A stretch of DNA of 64,000 nt from Selaginella moellendorffii (Eukaryota; Plantae; Lycopodiophyta). This document shows, piece by piece, positions 50,345 through 61,364 of this stretch (its first letter is position 1; the number at the start of each line of letters is the position of its first letter). Below the pieces are notes generated by a model. It was given only the letters and a program-made list of their open reading frames with translations. It was not told the origin of the DNA and did no database searches. The stretch is taken from contig NW_003314357.1 of the NCBI RefSeq assembly GCF_000143415.4, positions 124,001 to 188,000 of the forward strand, given 5' to 3'. A program made the translations under genes and the position numbers.

Positions 50345-51107
50345 TGTAAGCAACCAAAGAGAGCGACTTGAGAGATGATTCATGGGGTTCAAATATAGAG
50401 GGAAAGGGCCCATGAATAAAAGTGCATCCCCTTTTTCAATCGATTAAAGGTCTTGGGATACTTGGGGTTAAGCATCCTTGGGTTTGAATAGTACTGGGTT
50501 GGGTGACTTCCCAGGAAGTCCAAATTCAGGAGCTTACATTTGGTATCGGAAAAGTCTCGGGCCTGACTCTGTTGGTTGGCTAGGGGAATCACACCACATA
50601 TTGATTGACATCTGGTTGGTCCAGTTTGTTCCCGCTAGGCTCAACCCAAGGAGTAGGGTGTCATAAGGCTCTCGGGAGAGTTGCAGCTCTCAGCTTCCAT
50701 TCACAAGGGCATGAACTTGCAGGGAAGCGTGGTGGATTGTAAGCAACCAAAGAGAATAACTTGAGAGATATTGATTGATATCTGGCTGGTCCAGTTTGCT
50801 CCTGCTGGGCTCAACCCGAGGGGTAAGGTGTCAAGAGAACAGGGCTCTCAGGAGAGCTACGGCTCTTAGCTTCCATTTATGAGGGCGTGAATTTGCAGGG
50901 AAGCGTGGTGGATTGTAAGCAACCAAAGAGAACGACTTGAGAGATGATCCATGGGGTTTAAATATAAAGGGAAAGGGCCCATGAACGAAAGTGCACCCCA
51001 TTTTTCAATTGATTAAGGGTCTTGGGATATTTGGGGTTAAGCGCCCTTGGGTTTGAATAGTACTAGGTTAGGTGACCTCTCGGGAAGTCGAAATTCAGAA
51101 GCTTACA
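50345..51107 (+). mobile_element. Cassandra-like TRIM tandem array (LTR-int-partial LTR-int-LTR)
   Basis: LTRs 50345-50538, 50738-~50770 (deleted) and 50914-51107. PBS TGGTATC at 50541; PPT GGGAAGCGTGGTGGAT; TSD CACAA. Splits the host integrase KLFPRYC|GPW. Confidence 0.9.
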
Positions 51108-52615
51108 CACAATATCGTGGAAACAACTTAGCATTGCCACCTCCTTTCAGAGACCGTTGTGCATCCAATAGCTTAAGGAAAACCTTGTCACCAACTTTGT
51201 ACTCTTGATGATGACGATGCTCATCAGCCAATCTTTTGTCTTGCTTTTGAGCTTGCCTCATGTTCAATTTTGCCAACTCAAGCTTGTCTTGCATATCCTC
51301 CAAGAAATCACAAGCATAAGGAACCCAAACCAAAGCCAAATTCAAACTCACAGGAGACCTAGGCTCATAGCCATATATCGCCATAAATGGAGACGTGCCA
51401 ATAGTCGATTGATGAGTACTATTGTGAGCAAATTGAAGCAAAGGCAAGTACTCCCATACTCCCTGTCCAGTTGGACAGTGGTACATGGAAGTCCGATCCA
51501 TATAGAGAATGTCGCCATTCTCGAGTAGGTCAATTTTGCTGTGTGGCATCAAACTTGTGGCTCATGAATGCGAGAGAATGCTTAACGTGAAGCAATATGG
51601 CCCCAAAAGCACTATCACTCACATCATGGCCTATAATTTCCACCACAGTCACCTTATCATTCATTGACCCCTTCAGAACAATCCTTGCTCTGATGTCCAG
51701 CTCTATGGCAATGAAAACAATTGCCCTCTGCCTTGTCCTTCTCTCGTTGGTCCAAACAAAGTTTCTTAGCCTCACTGCCATCTTCATGCTTCAAGCCACA
51801 ATGGAATAACAATTGTTTCTTCCCCGACTATGAAGCATTGGCGAGCTGGTCATCATGTTGATTACTCCATAGACCATCTCGTTGACTAGAGTTGACCAAG
51901 TTGACTGATGGTTTGGGCGAAAAGATCTGAACCTTAGTGATAGCATCAGTCAATGTTGCTGGAAAAATCTTTCTTGACCTTCTACTACACATCCACAAAG
52001 CTTAATCCTTTGATGAAATATTGCGCCTTTAACAGCTCATTATAGGTGTCCGTGAGACTAAGGCAAAGATCACGGAACTTGTGGGCATACGCATCCAAAG
52101 ACAAAGTCTCTTGCCGAATCTCTAACAGCTGGTTCACAAGATCAACCTCTTCAAACTTCTTGACAAACAATGCATGGAAAACCTTTATCAAATCAGTCCA
52201 AGAAGTTGGCTTTGGATTAACTTTGATGCAATTCTTCCACCACGAAGAAGCATGGCCCATAAGCTTCGTCACAAAGAAATCTATCTTCACCTTATCCTCA
52301 CAAGGATTATAAAACCAACAACTTTCCCACAATTCCAACCAAGAATCAACCTCTTGATTATCACAAACATCTGGTGATGATTTCCATTCCATGATACCAT
52401 AATCCTTGGCATGTTTGACGTACCAATGGTAATCACAAACATGAGATCGATTCAACCCTTGAGCCATGCGAAACAAAAAATCCTTAATGAGATTGACAAA
52501 ATCCTTAACCTCTTTTATGTCGCTCTAAACCTCAGAAATCTGGCGTCCTTGCCACATAATGACATCATCAAGAGTCTCTTCAGCATCGTCATGGCTATCA
52601 TCACTAACACCATAT

Positions 52616-53780
52616 TGTAAGCTCCTGACTTTGGACTTCCTAGGATGTCACCCAGCCTAGTACTATTCAAACCTAAGGACGCTTAACCCCAAGTATCCCA
52701 AGACCCTTAACAGATTGGAAAAAGGGGTGCACTCTTATTCATGGGCCCTTTCCCTTTATATTTGAACCTCATGGACCATCTCTCAAGTCGTTCTCTTTAG
52801 TTGCTTACAATCCACCACGCTTCCCTGCAAGTTCACGCACTCGTGAACAGAAGCTGAGAGCCGCAGCTCTCCCGAGAGCCCTGCTCTCTTGACACCCTAC
52901 CCCTCGGGTCGAGCCCAGCGGGAGCAAACTGGACCAGCCAGATGTCAATCAACATGTGGTATGATTCCCTTAGCTAACTAACAGAGTCGAACCTGAGACC
53001 CCTCTGATACCAAATGTAAGCTCATGAATTTGGACTTTCCGGGAGGTCACCCAACCCACCTAAGGACACTTAACCCCAAGTATCCCAAGACCTTTAACCG
53101 ATTGGAAAAGGTGGTGCACTCTTATTCATGGGCTCTTTCCCTCTATATTTGAACCCTATGGACTGTCTCTCAAGTCGTTCTCTTTAGTTGCTTACAATCC
53201 ACCATGCTTCCCTGCAAGTTCACACCCTCGTGTAAGCTCCTGAATTTGGACTTCTCGGGAGGTTACCCAACCCACCCAAGGACACTTAACCCCAAGTATC
53301 CCAAGACCTTTAACCGATTGGAAAAGGGGGTGCACTTTTATTCATGGGCCCTTTCCTTCTATATTTGAACCCCATGTACTGTCTCTCAAGTCGTTCTCTT
53401 TGGTTGCTTACAATCCACCATGCTTCCCTACAAGTTCACGCCCTCGTGAATGGAAGCTAAGAGCCGCAACTCTCCTTGGGTCGAGCTTAGCGGGAGCAAA
53501 CTGGACCAGCCAGATGTCAATCAACATGTGGTGTGATTCCCTTAGCCAACTAACAGAGTCAGACCTGAGACCCCTCTAATACCAAATGTAAGCTCCTGAA
53601 TTTGGACTTCCTGGGAGGTCACCCAACCCAGTACTATACAAACCCAAGAACGCTTAACCCCAAGTATCCTAAGACCTTTAATCGATTGAAAAAGGGGGTG
53701 CACTTTTATTCATGGGCCCTTTCCCTCCATATTTGAACCCCATGAATCATCTCTCAAGTTGTTTTCTTTAGTTGCTTACA
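52616..53780 (-). mobile_element. Cassandra-like TRIM tandem array with four LTRs
   Basis: LTRs 52616-52809, 53015-53196, 53231-53412, 53587-53780. PBS TGGTATCAGAG and PPT on the minus strand; TSD CATAT/CATAC. Confidence 0.9.
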
Positions 53781-54819
53781 CATACTCCTCATTAGGATTA
53801 ATGTCTTGCTCACTCGCCATCCCCAAAAGAATGTGTTACTCCAATACCAATGAAACGAACAGGAGAGTGAACCCTAGGCCAACCTCCCAACCCTTAAGGC
53901 ATTACGGCCTTAAATCCCACAGGCCATGGAATATTCTTGGAATATTCCCATGGTTCATGTCAGAAAAGCTTGCATAAGAAGACCTTACAAATCAAAACAC
54001 AAGAGAAGCACTCACCTTGTAGTAAGTGAGCTTACAAAATGCAAGCAACAGCAACAATCATGTAGGAGCTTGCAAGATTGCTAGAGATAAGCACTTGTAA
54101 CACCTCCAAAGACTACCTCCTACCCTAGACAAGAATTTCATGAGAATTGATTTCTCCATCTCTTTTATATATGGCATTAATTGGAAACGTAGAACCTATA
54201 TTCTAGTAATTTTTAACTTGTGGTTCATTTTCATTGACTTATAGTTATAGGTTTATCTTGCTTAAGAAGTGAGAGGGAGAAGCAAGTGTGCATCATCTCT
54301 CAAGTTTCTTGTCAGTCAAGATGCATACATCTATAATCCATGCTTTAGGAGGACAGTCCAAGAAACATTCATAGATTGGAGGAAGCAGAAAGAAGAGACA
54401 GATACATCAACAAATTGATCTCAAGTACTACTGCAAAGTTGATTGGATCATGAATTGCTTCTTAAATAAACCTCTTATTCATGTTGCTTCGCAACTAGTC
54501 CGACTACTTTAAAAAAACAATGGATCTCAATATGTACCAGTTAAATAAGGTATAAAATTTTAATCTTGAATCATTGGGATACATTTTTATGGGAATATAA
54601 TTAAAATATTGATAGTAACATTATGTGTTTTTTTAAGAAAAACCACTTATATAAAATAATGATCTCACACTCATATTACCTCTGTATTATAATATCTAAA
54701 ACATTATTTACTGTTTAATGATGAAAGTCTTAAAAGTGTGCCTTTTGTCTTAAATTAATTTTATTATATTTATTTTCTATTAAAAATTTATTCAAGTTAA
54801 TAGTTTCTAATTTACTAAT

Positions 54820-55344
54820 CTAAAGAGCTTTCCAAAAGACTTTTCCTTTCCAATAAATAATAATATTACCATAGTTTGTAATAACTAGTGTTGTTGTGAT
54901 TTCACATGAAGGTTGTGGTTTGCAATAAATATTACTAGCCCAATAAATAAATTTGTTATTATCATCTATAGGTTGCAGATATGTATTATCTTCTTTAATC
55001 ACAAAATTACCATCCTTTTGCAAATGTGCATAACAACTTTGAACAGGTTTAAAGTCGTGTTTACTAGTCCAAAGGATAGTGTTATACCCAATTCTATATA
55101 GCACTAGCTTGCAATTATTCTCTAAGGTTAGTTTAAATTTTCTATTTCCTGAAGTTATACTATTATTAATATCAATAGTTGAGCCAAATATATCAGCATT
55201 TTGCCCAACAAGTACAGTTGAAAATGCCCAACAATTTTCACTATAGACATCTGTTATTTGCAAAGGAATTACTTTTTTTATTGGAATTATAGATATTTGT
55301 TTTTCAGTAGAATTGATATGCATTAATAAATCATGAGGAAGCAT
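54820..55344 (-). CDS. Bulb-type (GNA-like/B-lectin) lectin domain ORF, very AT-rich
   Basis: SGNRKFKLTLENNCKLVLY..ILWTS, YAHLQKDGNFVI..YWASN, TLVITNYGNIIIY..FW: the three-fold beta-prism II pattern. Confidence 0.72.
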   Translation of the reverse strand: MLPHDLLMHINSTEKQISIIPIKKVIPLQITDVYSENCWAFSTVLVGQNADIFGSTIDINNSITSGNRKFKLTLENNCKLVLYRIGYNTILWTSKHDFKPVQSCYAHLQKDGNFVIKEDNTYLQPIDDNNKFIYWASNIYCKPQPSCEITTTLVITNYGNIIIYWKGKVFWKAL

Positions 55345-55843
55345 TGCAGAGAAGGTATAGTCAATCAGAAGATTTAAAAATACAACTCGGATTTCTGCAC
55401 AAAAAGATATACGATAAGGGTCTTGGAGAAGGGAGAAAAAGACAAGCTCGAGGATTCAAGCTTAGGAAAGTAAACTTGAGAGGTTCAAGGTTAGGACTGT
55501 ATTCCTAACCTTGACGTGAGCAGTAGCGACTATAAAAGTAGGACTTAGAATGTTTTTAGACTTATCCCTAATACAAAATACATTGCAATACATCATCATT
55601 CTGCCTATCACTTTGGCTTTTCACAGCAATGTCTTACTTACCCACCGCCTTCAAGGGATCAAAGGCATGGGACTAGCACCTTCAAGCACATGTTCACAGT
55701 CTCTACTTGGCTTGGCTCAAGCAGGTAAGTGCATTCATTTTGTAGTGTAGTTTTAGATTTAGGGACTAGATTAGATTTGAATCTCCTAGGAAGATTTCAT
55801 GTGGACGTTTTCCTCCCAGTCCAGAGAGTTTAGGAGTTTTCAC

Positions 55844-55860
55844 TGGCGACCACGGTGGGA
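55844..55860 (+). other. Primer-binding site complementary to tRNA-Arg, immediately after an LTR-like end (...TTTTCA at 55842)
   Basis: TGGCGACCACGGTGGGA matches, from recall, the 3' end of plant tRNA-Arg(UCG) with about one mismatch. Confidence 0.7.
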
Positions 55861-56670
55861 TAAAGCAGATCAAGACGATCATTTCCCCAAAACTTCAAGG
55901 AAAACGGACCAAAGACGCTCAAGAAAATGGCATAGGAAGAAAAAGCCCCAAAAATCAAGAAAAACAAGACCGTAAAACAAAAACGGTGGAAGAGCATGAA
56001 GGAATGAAGAAAAAAAATGGAGCGTAAGACCAAAAGATGAAGAACACTTGAAGATTGAAGCCACCAAAGTCGTGGAAAACTTGGAGCATACGCGTAACTG
56101 TTTTTGGCGAGAGGTTGAAGAAAGCGAATATTCCAAGGATCTGCAATAAGGAAACGACTAAGGGAAAATTCTAGCGGCTGGAGATGGAGGAAGAATGAAA
56201 AAGCATGACTGCCCATTTGGAGATACAAGCTGCACAAGATACGAGGACTGCCTTTTGTGTGGATTCAGAAATTGTGCTAAACCATACAAGCAATGCTATC
56301 CAAAATGGCAATGCGACACTTGCAAACAAGCAAAAGCAAGACTGCGAATCAGGGATGACATTGCCACAACGGAAGAGAGAAAGAAACGAGAAGAAATAGC
56401 CCACGAAAATGACACCAAAAAGAGTGACGATAGTTTAAAAAAAAGAAGAAAAACAGAGCACTAGTTGCTTTCAAGAATTCAAAGAAACAGTCTTGCGACT
56501 ATTACACAATTTGTCCAGCAGATTGAAAGAACCAAAGGGGAGGAATGATAAAAGAGAATGAACAATCACCAAAATTTTGTAGCCCACATGAGGAGAGCGA
56601 TAACAATGACGCAAAATGGAAATTTTGGGCTTGCACGAGAGACTAGCGAGATGAGAAAATCCCTCGATAG

Positions 56671-57444
56671 ATGCAAGACTCTCAAAACTTTTTAGAAGCC
56701 ATCAGGCAGCTGCCATCTGAGATTCAGGAACGAATCTTTAATTTAGTTCACAACACATTAGACAAGGAGAACTATACACCAATTTGCAACGGCACTATCA
56801 TACACAGTGCACAGTTTATAGGAAAACAAGATAAACAAGAATTGTATACGTGGAGAATCATCCTCGAGCTCTCGTGGAGATCTTTCGTGTACATCGATCA
56901 AGAATTTATTTATCTTAAGGAAGAAGTTGAGTGGCATACTTGGGACGCTGTCACTCGAATTTACGAAGAAATTCGAAGGTTCCTGCTTAGAGAAATACAG
57001 GAAATACTTGGACAGCAATTTGTAAGAGGATTTATTACACCAGTTGGAAGCGCAATACATGAGCTTACTGACCTCAAGATAAAGGAAGGACTGTGGGCAA
57101 AAGAGCACTGGATAGATCCGCGCACGCATAGGCTTAAAGCAACAAAAATTTGTTGGAATCCATACCTTGACGTGTGGACACCATTTGAGAAGAAAAACAT
57201 ACAGGAATCACGAAGTTGGAAACCCGTATCAATCGGAGAAGGAGAAGTGAGAACATTCAAAATACAACCACTGCTGTATTCAGCATTTTCAAATATTACT
57301 ATCGACTGGGAAACACAAATGCTCATAGTAAGAGCTCGCATTCCCGTACGACCAACATATTGTAAGAGACCAAAACAATTATTCAAGAATTTAGAAAAGA
57401 TTGGACTCCTAAAGAGAGTTGCAATCATTTGCATACCTGCTTGA
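56671..57444 (+). CDS. Intact 257-aa ORF of unknown function in a retroelement leader; N-terminal F-box-like motif
   Basis: Open, intronless, A-rich like the neighbouring element; IRQLPSEIQERIFNLV resembles the F-box LPxEIxxxIF pattern. Confidence 0.55.
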   Translation: MQDSQNFLEAIRQLPSEIQERIFNLVHNTLDKENYTPICNGTIIHSAQFIGKQDKQELYTWRIILELSWRSFVYIDQEFIYLKEEVEWHTWDAVTRIYEEIRRFLLREIQEILGQQFVRGFITPVGSAIHELTDLKIKEGLWAKEHWIDPRTHRLKATKICWNPYLDVWTPFEKKNIQESRSWKPVSIGEGEVRTFKIQPLLYSAFSNITIDWETQMLIVRARIPVRPTYCKRPKQLFKNLEKIGLLKRVAIICIPA

Positions 57445-57613
57445 TCCCAAAGTTGGAGAGCAACACCAAATATTACTAGCAAACAGCTACACCGATCAAT
57501 TTATGACACAACCGACCTCCTTCCAACAAACAAAATCATGCTTACTTACACCACCAAATTTTTCAAATACAAGACCTTTCCTGAGCTAGACTCATGAAAG
57601 TGACCTCGAGAAG

Positions 57614-60600
57614 TGTCGCGCATGTGACTTCGGGTATTGAAAGATACTTGTCGGCTAGTACTTACGGACTCTCTCTCCTTACTGCCACGACAGCAGGAGG
57701 TCGGTACTGCTGGTTCCCTTTATGGTCTCTGCCCAAGCTAGTTGAGAAACTGGTCAGCACATGTGCACTTAGACCGGAAGGGCACTAAGGAAGGAAATCC
57801 TAAGTTGTCATTAAGTCAAGCATACTTGACACGGTGATGAGAAACTCATGATGTTGACTTGCACTTGCTAGTGTTGGGAACCCCCGCGATATTGAGACTA
57901 GTCCCTCAATATTCGCTAGATGATAGCTTACCGTGTTTGCCAAACACCCTCGCTATCACGCCCTTTGTGTTAGTCTCGTTTCGGTCCCAAATGCTATTTA
58001 TGGAAAGTGTCTAGATTCGCTCATTTGGCATATCTACAGAATGTTGAGGTCGGCCTGAACACAATGGTGTTCGTCCCGTGTCCAAATTCGCAATCTAAGG
58101 CCATTCCATATTTAGTAAGTTTCGAGCTTGTCCCAGAGACTAACTCCTGGTACTAAGGGTGGCTTGGGGTGAAAGCCCAAAGCGTGTGTTCCTCAAGGGG
58201 GGGGGGGGGGGCTGTGGGGGGTTCTAAATGTATAGTAGGGATAGTGGTTGGAATGCATGTCTGACCACCTGAGACATTAGTTTGGCTCCCGCTGGGCTGT
58301 GTCGCTCCTTGTTCTGCATCCGGCTTGGGTCTAAGCCCAAGCTCCATGCTGCTCTAGTCGGTGGAGTACCCTCCTTCTCGCGTTAGGCCACCGGTATGCC
58401 AAAATTGTGCCAGACTCCGTCTGACACCATTTTGTGTGTAGGTGCTGGATACGGGGAGTTGGTGCTCGTGGGATTGTACCGGACCCTCGTTTCGTAGCGC
58501 AATGGGCTTGGAGTTCGGCTCCAAATTCAGGTGCGCTACACTCGATTTGGTATTAGAGGGATTGTCTCAGCGATTCCTATCCAACTTTTGTCGGATTTTC
58601 TGACTCAAGTTGCATACGCAGAGACTTTTCTAGTAGATCCGAAGCGACCTGTGTAGGATTAGTTGGATTGCACCATTCGGTAAGGACGTTGTATGCATGT
58701 TCAGTTACTGATAGAGGCATGCATGCAGCTAGCGGGATGGTGAAACGGAACCGTGCTGATGACGCTGAAACCTCTAGACGGGTGAATCGAGAGGAGGAAA
58801 CTCCTGTTAGAGATGCTGCGGAAGAGGCTGAGGCTGAGTCGGAAGAGGAAGAGCCAAATGCTGCGGCGTTGCAGCGTACGGCTCAGGAAGTCGAGATTGA
58901 GAATTTGTGAAAGGAGATTCGCAAATTAAAGAAGGAGAACAAGAAGAGGAAGAAAGAAGCTGAGGCAGCTAAACCAGCAAAGCCTAAGCAACCGGATTCC
59001 TCTTCAAGTTCTGAGGACGATGAAGTTCTGCAGCCGCCCCCGGTTGCACGAGTTTCAAAGTTCAAGCCTCCGAAACCACCTAATTTCAGAGGCATGCAGG
59101 ACTATCAGGTTTTGGAAGACTGGGTCTACGATATGGAGAACTACTTCATAGCGGCAGACGTAGATGATCGTACGAAAGTTGCGTGCGCGCAATCCTTTCT
59201 ATGCTTTATTTCGTTAAAGTGCGATTTATTCAGTAAAGTGGGACATTAATTAGCATGTGTCCACATGCCATTTCCTAGTACTTAATTAATATTTATTAAT
59301 ATTTCTATCAGTTTTTTAATTTATTTTTTTATATTTCACAATATTATAACACAAAATCATATGAAAAGTTTTTAATTTATAAATTATAAAGTTAAAACTT
59401 CAATTTTTTATTGTTGTTATAAAAATGGCATGTGGCCACACACCATAAGTGGGATAATGAAAAGTCCCACTTTAACGAAATAAAGCATTTCTCACCGATC
59501 ATGCCAAAACTTGGTAGCGCCAGGTGTGTGCTGAAAAAGGGCAAACTAAAAGTTGGACCAAGATGCGGTCTCGTATCCGTAAGGAATACTTGCCGGATGA
59601 TCTTGGTCTGAGACTTCGCGCAGAGCTGCGGCGGTTAAAGCAGCGAGGGGACCTTATGCATTACGTTAATGCATTTGCTCAGAAGCGCATTATGATTGCA
59701 AATATGAGTGACGAAGATGCTCAGAGTTATTTCCTGGAGGGTTTAAGTTCACTTTCTCGAAATGAGATTTTGAAGTTTAAGCCGAAGACGTACCTGGAGT
59801 GTAAAGAGGCAGCGCAGCAAGTTGCCTTTAGTCACTCGCTCATAGAACAATATCAGCAATCGTATGCTGGTAACTCGGACAAGAATAAAAATTCTGGGAA
59901 TAAGCAAAGTGATCGGAAACAAAGGGTGGAAAGTAGGTACCGCCCTGGGGGCTCACAAGCTACGGTGAATAAAGGTGGTGGTGGTTGGAGACCACCAACA
60001 GCTTCTTCTGGTCCTAGGCCCTCTGTTCCTCCTCCTGGTGGGTACAAGCAGTAGCAACCTACAAAACCTGCTCCTAGCGGAACGGGTAGTGTGGGTCATT
60101 GCTTCCATTGTGGAGAGTCAGGACATAGGTCCTCGAAATGTCCCAACAAGCATAAAACAAGGTCTCGGGTTAATGGCATGAGGGAAGACGGTGGTGGTGA
60201 AGCCGAAGGGGTTGACGAGTTGGTCAATGCAGACTATGAGGAAGAAGAGGTGAGTAACTTTCGTTGCTTTCCTCAAGTTTTTCTTGCAGTCAATGCAAAC
60301 ACTGATCCGTTAATGTATCTGGTAGGCTTTGTCCGTGGACACCGAATCCGAGTGATGATTGACACGGGAGCTACGCACAGCGTGATATCCGAAGACTTAG
60401 TTAAGTTGTTAGGATTGAATGCTAAGCAAATGTCGCCTATGCACTTCCGGTTTGCGGAAGGTGGGCAAGTAGCCAGAAAGTTTGTGAGTGATGTTCCAAT
60501 AAAGATATCCAAGTGGAAAGAAAGAGTGGACTTGGTAGTGTTGAAGATACCAGATTTTCAGATGGTGTTTGGTATGGATTTCTTCAACAAGTATATAAAA

Positions 60601-61364
60601 GGGATTTATGGTGCTGGACAAAGTCGTATCACGTTGAAGTCAGAAGGACATCCTGATGTATCCTTTCAGTTGCAAAAGCGTTCCTCAAAAGATTGGGATG
60701 CAAAGTTCCTGACTGCGAGGGCCGCTCAAAAAGCAGCTAAAAGGGGATGTCAAACCTTTTGGGTTCAAGTGATGGAAGCTGAGGGTATTGGTGACTCAGT
60801 ACGAATCGGTGACGGGGTTGATCCTGTACCAAAAAGGATATTGGAGTTGTTGGCGAGGAATCAGGATATCTTTCCGAAGGATTTGCCGCCAGGGCTACCC
60901 CCTAGCCGTGAGGTTGATCATCGGATTGAGGTTATTCCGGGTTCTAAACCACCTACAAAGGCTCCGTATCGTCTGAACATCAAGGAGATGGCTGAACTCA
61001 AGAAGCAACTCACAGAGCTTCTTGACAAAGGTCATATCCGACCAAGTAAATCCCCTTATGGAGCGCCGGTCCTTTTTGTTATGAAAAAGGATGGAACCAT
61101 GAGGATGTGTATTGACTATCGGGCACTCAACAAGATCACGGTTAAAAACAGTTATCCTTTGCCTCGCATTGATGACTTGTTTGACCAACTCTTAAAGGCT
61201 AAGTATTTTACGCGACTTGATTTACGGTCCGGGTATCATCAGATACGGGTGGCAGATCAGGATGTGGAGAAAACAGCCTTTAAGACTCGGTACAGATCTT
61301 ATGAGTTCCTTGTCATGCCATTCGGGTTATGCAATGCTCCGGCAACGTTCAGCACTATGATGGA
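57614..61364 (+). mobile_element. Gag-pol-bearing Ty3/Gypsy element of family A (5' LTR 57614-58540, gag, protease, RT), inactivated
   Basis: LTR homologous to 18271-19392 in the opposite orientation; PBS-like TGGTATTAGAG at 58548. Gag with in-frame stops, zinc knuckle [14 protein letters not shown], protease [21 protein letters not shown]...[12 protein letters not shown]. Runs into the N gap. Confidence 0.93.
59201..59488. mobile_element. MITE (288 bp) inserted in gag
   Basis: Perfect TIR ATGCTTTATTTCGTTAAAGTG / CACTTTAACGAAATAAAGCAT; TSD TTCT (or TTTCT). Excision restores the gag frame QSFLTDHAKTW. Confidence 0.92.

Larger units (their letters stand above)
49623..53962 (-). mobile_element. 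Internally deleted chromovirus (Ty3/Gypsy) with ~111-bp LTRs
   Basis: LTRs 49623-49733 and 53851-53962; TSD GAAAA; purine tract next to the left LTR; PBS-like TGGTATT. Gag 51985-52476, RNase H scrap 51530-51787, integrase 51103-51552, GPY/F plus chromodomain (ELLVQWNGYSMNEATWE) 49981-50316. Confidence 0.88.

Noticed and set aside
50467-50521. True 5S rRNA genes
   Set aside because: Only the ~55-nt box A to box C part is present, diverged and embedded in LTRs.
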